A stretch of 61,401 nt of DNA from IMG/VR virus record IMGVR_UViG_3300049032_000024, positions 1 through 61,401 of that record; one strand, 5' to 3'. The position numbers were made by a program, and so were the translations under genes. Below the pieces are notes generated by a model, which was given only the letters and a program-made list of their open reading frames with translations, searched no databases and was not told the origin of the DNA. Positions 55,548 to 61,401 of the stretch are shown piece by piece; position 1 is the stretch's first letter; every line of letters starts with the position of its first letter. This DNA comes from a virus (Duplodnaviria; Caudoviricetes).

Positions 55548-56039
55548 ATGGGAGCCCCACGTAAGACACTTGCAGACCATCTGGCACGGCTGGACAGGTC
55601 TGACCCTGACGCTTGTTGGATATGGCCTCTGTCAGACAATGGTGATGGATATGGTCAGCTCACTGAGAACCGCGTAGCACACAGGGCGCATAAGTATTTC
55701 TATGAACGGCTGGTTGGTCCGGTACCTGAAGGTGCCATTCTGGACCACATGTGCCACGATCCAAACCTCTGTGCTGGCCGTAAGACCTGTATTCACCGAA
55801 AGTGCTGCAATCCTAAGCACCTGAAAGTGGCTACTCACAGGGAGAACCTGTTGAGAGGTAACACTTTGGCAGCAGGAAACAGTGTCAAAGAGGTCTGCGT
55901 CAACGGGCACGAGTTTACTCCCGAAAACACCTTCCACCGTAGGGGCGCAAGAGAGTGCCGTGAGTGTATGCGCCAACGCGCAAGGGATTCATACTGGAAG
56001 AAGAAAAATGAGGGTACTCAGCCAAGCTGTAGTAGCTAA
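55548..56039 (+). CDS. HNH endonuclease
   Basis: CWIW, LDHMCH...CCNPKHL and CVNGHEF motifs. Confidence 0.85.
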   Translation: MGAPRKTLADHLARLDRSDPDACWIWPLSDNGDGYGQLTENRVAHRAHKYFYERLVGPVPEGAILDHMCHDPNLCAGRKTCIHRKCCNPKHLKVATHRENLLRGNTLAAGNSVKEVCVNGHEFTPENTFHRRGARECRECMRQRARDSYWKKKNEGTQPSCSS

Positions 56040-57504
56040 GGCTAAAACTCAGCTCGAGAGTCAGAAGAAGCAAGAGCTTTACAAGCGGGATATCAAACTC
56101 TGGGCTTGGGATAAGCTGCACATTCACATTTGGTCAAAGCAGCAGGAGATTGCAGAAGCCCTTGTGGAGCACAAGAAGGTAGCTGTCAAGTCCTGCCACG
56201 GTTCCGGCAAGTCCTACTTCGCTTCCATCGTTGTTGCATGGTGGGTAGACACTCGCTACGGCACAGAGGCAGTCGTGGTGTCCACCGCGCCTACCTATGA
56301 GCAGGTCAACAAGATTCTGTGGCGTTATATCCGCCAGCACTGGGGCAAGAATGAACTCATGGGTAACGTCACTCAGACCGATGAGTGGAAGGACGCCAAG
56401 GGCGAGGTTGTAGCGTGGGGTAGGAAGCCTGCTGACACGAACACACAGGGCTTTCAGGGTATCCACTCTTCCGGTGGTGTGCTCGCGGTCATTGACGAAG
56501 CCTGTGGCGTCAACGAAACCCTGTTTACGGGTGTAGAAGCCATTACTACGGGCTCCCATGACCGTATTTTGGCCATTGCAAACCCTGATATTCCCAACTC
56601 GGAATTCGGGCGTATCTTCCTCAAAAATGACCCTTCATGGCATAAAATCACCATTTCGGCCTTTGATACCCCGAATTTCACTGGGGAATACATGCCGGAA
56701 ATCGCCAAAGCCGGTCTGGTGTCCATTGAATGGGTAGAAGACAAGAAACGCTCGTGGGGCGAGGATTCTCCCCGCTACAAGTCCAAGATTCTCGGTGAAT
56801 TCACCACTGAGGGTGGTAAGAACCTCTTCACGATGGAAACCCTCTCGAGGGGACACAACGTAGAGATTACCCCTTCCACCGAAACCCGCCCTGTTCTCGG
56901 CTGTGACATTGCCCGTTTCGGTGATGACTACACGGTGGTCTACATGTACCACGATGGCCACTTGAGGTTGTTGGACAAGTGGAACAAGACTGACACTGTG
57001 AAGACCGCTGAGAAGATTCGTGACCTTGCGTGGGAGCACGGCGCGATAGAAGTACGGATTGACGGCGTTGGCCTTGGCGGTCCGGTGGTGGATATGGTTG
57101 CTCACCAGTCTGACAATCGGTACGAGACTATCGGTATGGTGGGTAACGCTGCCAGCCCTGATCTGGACAACTGGATCAACGCGCGCGCGTACTGGTATGA
57201 CACCATGCGCGAGAAGATGTATAACCACAAGATTGACATTTCCATTGAGGATGACAAGCTTGAGGATGAACTTGGCGATCTGGAATACTTCTTCTCCAAG
57301 CGTGGCGCGGTGCAGATTGAGTCCAAGGACGAAATCATCAAGCGCACCGGCAAGTCTCCTGACTTCGCGGACGCAGCCTGCTACGCATGTGCTGATATCC
57401 CCGATCCCACCGCACCAGAATCCAAGCTCCAGCCGGGAGAGGAATACAGTCTGGGGCTCGAGGACTTCATGATGGAAATGGAAATGACCATCAGCCCTTT
57501 GTGA
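56008..57504 (+). CDS. terL: Terminase large subunit
   Basis: HGSGKS Walker A; VIDEA Walker B; GCDIARFGDD and SPDFADA nuclease motifs. Confidence 0.95.
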   Translation: MRVLSQAVVAKAKTQLESQKKQELYKRDIKLWAWDKLHIHIWSKQQEIAEALVEHKKVAVKSCHGSGKSYFASIVVAWWVDTRYGTEAVVVSTAPTYEQVNKILWRYIRQHWGKNELMGNVTQTDEWKDAKGEVVAWGRKPADTNTQGFQGIHSSGGVLAVIDEACGVNETLFTGVEAITTGSHDRILAIANPDIPNSEFGRIFLKNDPSWHKITISAFDTPNFTGEYMPEIAKAGLVSIEWVEDKKRSWGEDSPRYKSKILGEFTTEGGKNLFTMETLSRGHNVEITPSTETRPVLGCDIARFGDDYTVVYMYHDGHLRLLDKWNKTDTVKTAEKIRDLAWEHGAIEVRIDGVGLGGPVVDMVAHQSDNRYETIGMVGNAASPDLDNWINARAYWYDTMREKMYNHKIDISIEDDKLEDELGDLEYFFSKRGAVQIESKDEIIKRTGKSPDFADAACYACADIPDPTAPESKLQPGEEYSLGLEDFMMEMEMTISPL

Positions 57505-57541
57505 TACTGTGGTGACTCACCTTTGGTAGAGGTGTGGAATG

Positions 57542-57574
57542 GAAAAGCCCCGTCTGAGCAACGGGGTTTTTTTT
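57542..57574 (+). terminator. Intrinsic terminator
   Basis: AAAAGCCCCGT...ACGGGGTTTTTTT. Confidence 0.7.
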
Positions 57575-57635
57575 CATGCCCTTTTTGCTCTGATGTAGAC
57601 TTGACAAAGAGTCATTCATCGTATAAGGAGCTTCC

Positions 57636-59234
57636 GTGACAACCACATTGGCTGAGGTCAAGCGCAGTGCTGAGATTGCTCGCTTGCAGGAATCAAACAC
57701 AGTGCTCTCCCAGAATCTTGAGATTCTGCAGGAGTCCTTTGCTGACGTTGTGTTGGCACTGGATGACGTAGGGTGGCGTCCGCTGGGTCCGTCTGAGGAT
57801 GCCACCGAAATCAAGCTGGACACCATCAAGAACGTAGCACAGACCACTCGAGGGCTTGTGGCTATCAACCCTCTCATCAAGCGTGGTGTGGCTGTCCGCA
57901 CTACCTACATCTGGGGTGAGGGAGTCAAGTTTGAGGGCATTGATGAAGATGACCCGCTGCTGACCGACAAGAACAACAAGAAGTTCTTCTTCAGCCCACA
58001 GGCTCAGGCTGAGCTGGAAGCTGTCATGGCTACCGATGGCAACCTGTTCACGCTCATCACCAAACCGGGCGGTGGCCGTAGGCGTCTCACCGACACCGGC
58101 CAGTCCGTCGCCAAGCTCACGCGCGTACCCATGCGCGAGATTACCGGCACCGTGAACAACCCCAACAACAAAGAGGATATCTGGTTCTACCGGCGCGAGT
58201 TCAAGGTAGTCCGCGAGTCCTACAAGACTGGTCAGGTCACTGAGCAGGACATGGTTTGCTGGTTCCCCGCCGATGACTACGACATGGAAAACGGCAAGCC
58301 GTTCACTATTCAAGGTAAGCCAGTAATCTGGAACTCCGCGATCCTCCACAATACCGCCAACAAGCAGGTTGGTTGGAAGTGGGGAGCTCCTGACCTCATG
58401 TCCGTCATCTTCTGGACTAAGGCGTACAAGGAATTCCTTGAGACTTCCGCAACGCTGGTCAAGGCTTACGCCCGGTTCGCCTTCAAGATCACTGCTCCGT
58501 CCGCCAACGGTGTCAAGAGTGCAGCTACTAAGGTGGCGGCACAGCCTACTCGTGACCCGCTCACTGGTGAGGTACAGAGCGTCGGCGGGACCGCCGTCAT
58601 GGGTATGGGTACCACCATGTCTACGATGGGCCGCACTGGCGGTTCTGTGGACTTTGACGCGGGTCTGCCGCTGGCCTCTATGGTGGCTGCAGGTCTGGAA
58701 ATCCCGCTGACCTCCCTGACCTCTGATTCCGGCTCTTCCAACCGCTCTGCGGCTGAGACTCTGGAAGCTCCCACGATGAAGGCTATGAAGGCACGTCAGC
58801 AGCTCTGGGGCTCGTACTTCTCCCGCCTGTTCGATTACCTTGGCAAGTCCGATGTGAAGGTCATCTGGGGCAAGATTGACGCTGGTGACCTGCTCCGCAA
58901 CCTGCAGGCTATCGCTGCTGTCACTCCGCTGAATGTGCTTCACGCTGAAGAGGTCCGCGACTTCGTAAAGACCACTCTGGAAATCGTCAATGACAAGGAA
59001 CTTCCCACTGAGGAAGAGCTTGGCTTGGTCTACACCGGCAATACTGAACTCGGTAAGGCCGGACTGAAGACAGCCCAGAATCCTCCTGCCCCTGTAGCAG
59101 GCGTGGCCACCAAACCGGGCACCACGCCGCAGCAGGGAGCCAAGAAGGCGCAGTCCGCGTCACCGTCCTACGGTGATAACAGCTCAAGGAAAGCTCAGGG
59201 TCAGCACAAGGCTTCGCAAGGACGTAACGGGTAG
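57636..59234 (+). CDS. Portal protein
   Basis: NPLIKRGV, TDGNLF, WGAPDL and AAETLEAPT motifs; follows terminase. Confidence 0.9.
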   Translation: MTTTLAEVKRSAEIARLQESNTVLSQNLEILQESFADVVLALDDVGWRPLGPSEDATEIKLDTIKNVAQTTRGLVAINPLIKRGVAVRTTYIWGEGVKFEGIDEDDPLLTDKNNKKFFFSPQAQAELEAVMATDGNLFTLITKPGGGRRRLTDTGQSVAKLTRVPMREITGTVNNPNNKEDIWFYRREFKVVRESYKTGQVTEQDMVCWFPADDYDMENGKPFTIQGKPVIWNSAILHNTANKQVGWKWGAPDLMSVIFWTKAYKEFLETSATLVKAYARFAFKITAPSANGVKSAATKVAAQPTRDPLTGEVQSVGGTAVMGMGTTMSTMGRTGGSVDFDAGLPLASMVAAGLEIPLTSLTSDSGSSNRSAAETLEAPTMKAMKARQQLWGSYFSRLFDYLGKSDVKVIWGKIDAGDLLRNLQAIAAVTPLNVLHAEEVRDFVKTTLEIVNDKELPTEEELGLVYTGNTELGKAGLKTAQNPPAPVAGVATKPGTTPQQGAKKAQSASPSYGDNSSRKAQGQHKASQGRNG

Positions 59235-59281
59235 TTGACAAACTGTTAGACTTGTGCTAACGACTTCTTGAAGGGACTACA

Positions 59282-61401
59282 GTGGCACTTCCAGCCGGGG
59301 TAACTACCGCCAACCTAACGGTTGGCGCACCCGTCAGCTTTTCCGGTTTTCCAATTCGATCCAGTGTGCAGATTGTTCCTAGTGCCTTTTTAGTGCATTC
59401 TGCAACTGGTATTCCGCTTGTGAATCTAATTGAAGAAACAGCCACGCTTGAAAGCGTGGTAGGACAATTCACGTTGCCGCATACCGATCAGGCAGGTTTT
59501 CAGGATGAAAACGGTAATGCGTACACGAATTGGTATTACACGGCAACAATCAACTACAGCACAGATAGGGGGCCAGTTGGGAAGCCTCTGACTAAGGTTT
59601 TCCAATTGCCTTCTGGGCAAACCATTGTTGATCTTGACTTGCTTCCGGGCGGTGCCCCGGCAATGGCCTACTCTGCTCCGGTGGCTACTGTCACTTCTGT
59701 TGCAGGGTTGACTGGGGCTATCACAGGCTCTCAGATCATCAGTGCTCCAGAAGTTCAAACGGAACTATCTGCCACGATCCTTGACCAGATCGAGACGGAA
59801 GCGACGGACCCAACTGGCGTCCTGCCTGCCATCTTCGCGGGGTCCCGGCCGACTGCCGACACTGAGGGCACGGCCACCGCTTCGCTGGCTGCTGGCTCCA
59901 CCGCTACGGTCGTTATCACAGGCCACTCGCAGGTCTACGGGCAGGAGATTGGTGGCGCGGGCGCACCGGTCAACGGCTCTACCACGGCGCGTTCCGCGAA
60001 CCCGATCCCCGAAACGCTGCAGAACGTCCTAAACGCCGTGATCCCCGGCAAGGTCACCGTCGTCAACCAGGGATACCCTGGCGACACCACCACCGCATCC
60101 CTCACGCGCTGGGCCGCAGGAACGTCCGGCGACGTGGAGTTCATTTGGCTGGAGTCCAACGACTTCGTATCCTCACTGCCCATGGCAACCACAGTCGCCA
60201 ACACCGTGGCACTGATCGACCGTGCCCTGGCACGCGGATCACAGCCGGTCATTATCGGCGGGCACTCCAACTACGGGGCAGGCGAAGCGGGTGCACGGCG
60301 GGCCCGCTACCAGGCGATGGCGCGTGTCGCGGCGAAGATGGGCGTCCCGTTTATCAACGTGTCCTCACTACTGACCGGGCTCCCGACAGGCAGGGTTACA
60401 CAGTCGGACGGCACGCACCTGACCGCCGCCGCCTACGCGGCTATTGGCGTCAGGCTTGCCGCGTTCCTCGGGCCGCTCGGCGTCAACCCGCCCACGGTCG
60501 GCCCGAACAACACCGTGTACCCGCTCGCGCACTACTTCCGCGGCACGTACACCACCCCGGACCGGACCACGAACAGCCGCGACGGGTTCACCATCAAGAT
60601 CGACGCCGGCCAGAAGGTCATGCTCACCGTGGACGCGAACTCGCCCACGGACCCGATATTCTCGTTCTACACCTCGCCCAGCTACGGGACGGGCACGGGG
60701 CGCATCCGGTACGGGAACGGATTGGTCGGCGTCCCCGACCGGTCTTTCAGCCTCGCCCCGGTGGGTAGCTCCAATGGCCGATCCACCCGCGTCCGCGCCC
60801 AAACCCTCCCGGGTGGCCCGGATGTTCTCGTGATCGAGTGCACCACGGGCAGCATCGAAATTGACGCGATTGACTTCGTCGCACCCTACTCCGGGACGAA
60901 CACCTACGGCGGTTCAGCGAAGAGGATGGTCCGGTCCAACCTTGGCGGGGTGACCATCGGTGTCGCGGACGCCGCGATGGGATCGCCCATCGAGTCCGTC
61001 ACCGACGCCACTTCCCCGGTGGCCTTGGTGGACTCCGCCGGGGCCGGAGCGACGGCGCGGATTGACTATGACGTGGTGTTCCCTGACGGTGCGGCACTGT
61101 TCGCCACGTCATCGACCAGCACAAGCGAGCCGCTGTCCATCTATGGCGGTTACTTCATCGCACGGGCCACTACCGGGTTGCAGATCAGGCTGGCGAACGG
61201 TGGCCGGTCCACCATCGAAACCGTGGCATCTGTGTTCCCGGACGCGACGACGCCATTCGTTGGACGGTTCACGTTCTCTTTCGCGGCGGACGGCACCTTG
61301 ACCATCCTCAAGGACGGCGTCCAGGTAGGGGCGCCCGTCGCGTCAACGTGGCGGCACTACTACCCCGGCGCGTACGCCACCAACGGCAAGCCCTTGACCA
61401 T
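59282..61401 (+). CDS. Second virion spike/receptor-binding protein with SGNH domain (runs off the window end)
   Basis: Absent from the ORF track; N-terminus paralogous to the 445 gene (HSATGIPLVN, LPHTDQ, NWYYTATI); GHS, NQGYPG, SND and DGTH SGNH blocks. Confidence 0.8.
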   Translation, partial: MALPAGVTTANLTVGAPVSFSGFPIRSSVQIVPSAFLVHSATGIPLVNLIEETATLESVVGQFTLPHTDQAGFQDENGNAYTNWYYTATINYSTDRGPVGKPLTKVFQLPSGQTIVDLDLLPGGAPAMAYSAPVATVTSVAGLTGAITGSQIISAPEVQTELSATILDQIETEATDPTGVLPAIFAGSRPTADTEGTATASLAAGSTATVVITGHSQVYGQEIGGAGAPVNGSTTARSANPIPETLQNVLNAVIPGKVTVVNQGYPGDTTTASLTRWAAGTSGDVEFIWLESNDFVSSLPMATTVANTVALIDRALARGSQPVIIGGHSNYGAGEAGARRARYQAMARVAAKMGVPFINVSSLLTGLPTGRVTQSDGTHLTAAAYAAIGVRLAAFLGPLGVNPPTVGPNNTVYPLAHYFRGTYTTPDRTTNSRDGFTIKIDAGQKVMLTVDANSPTDPIFSFYTSPSYGTGTGRIRYGNGLVGVPDRSFSLAPVGSSNGRSTRVRAQTLPGGPDVLVIECTTGSIEIDAIDFVAPYSGTNTYGGSAKRMVRSNLGGVTIGVADAAMGSPIESVTDATSPVALVDSAGAGATARIDYDVVFPDGAALFATSSTSTSEPLSIYGGYFIARATTGLQIRLANGGRSTIETVASVFPDATTPFVGRFTFSFAADGTLTILKDGVQVGAPVASTWRHYYPGAYATNGKPLT

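Overview
The window looks like a complete, circularly permuted genome (about 61.4 kb) of a lytic actinobacterial siphovirus. An Arthrobacter/Micrococcaceae-type host is inferred from WhiB, the amidase lysin and the gene order. The ORF running off the right end (from 59282) closes in frame at positions 1-16. Rightward arm: terminase, portal, two SGNH-esterase spike/receptor-binding genes, protease/scaffold, capsid, neck, two paralogous major tail proteins, frameshifted tail chaperones, tape measure, minor tails and lysis. Leftward arm: PolA, primase-helicase, SSB, AAA ATPase, Cas4-like nuclease, WhiB, MazG, an RNA-repair trio (two ligases plus PNK), a DGQHR/DndB protein, an SF2 helicase and HNH nucleases. 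There are two tRNAs, and I saw no integrase or repressor. The most unusual region is an A-rich early-gene island (about 45.9-51.95 kb). Its left flank has a helically phased array of about 11 DnaA boxes plus back-to-back operator-like palindromes. Its right flank has a consensus parS site and Zur/Fur-, IscR- and ArgR-like boxes. Together these suggest a DNA decoy or host-chromosome-mimic system. Inside the island are three covarying structured RNA repeats and an enriched TACCCGG motif. Other candidates: receptor-binding cassettes bounded by shared short crossover sites, an sRNA with anti-Shine-Dalgarno loops, a non-canonical tRNA-like RNA, and twin AT-rich elements half a genome apart. Products were called from protein motifs and synteny only; no database searches were run.
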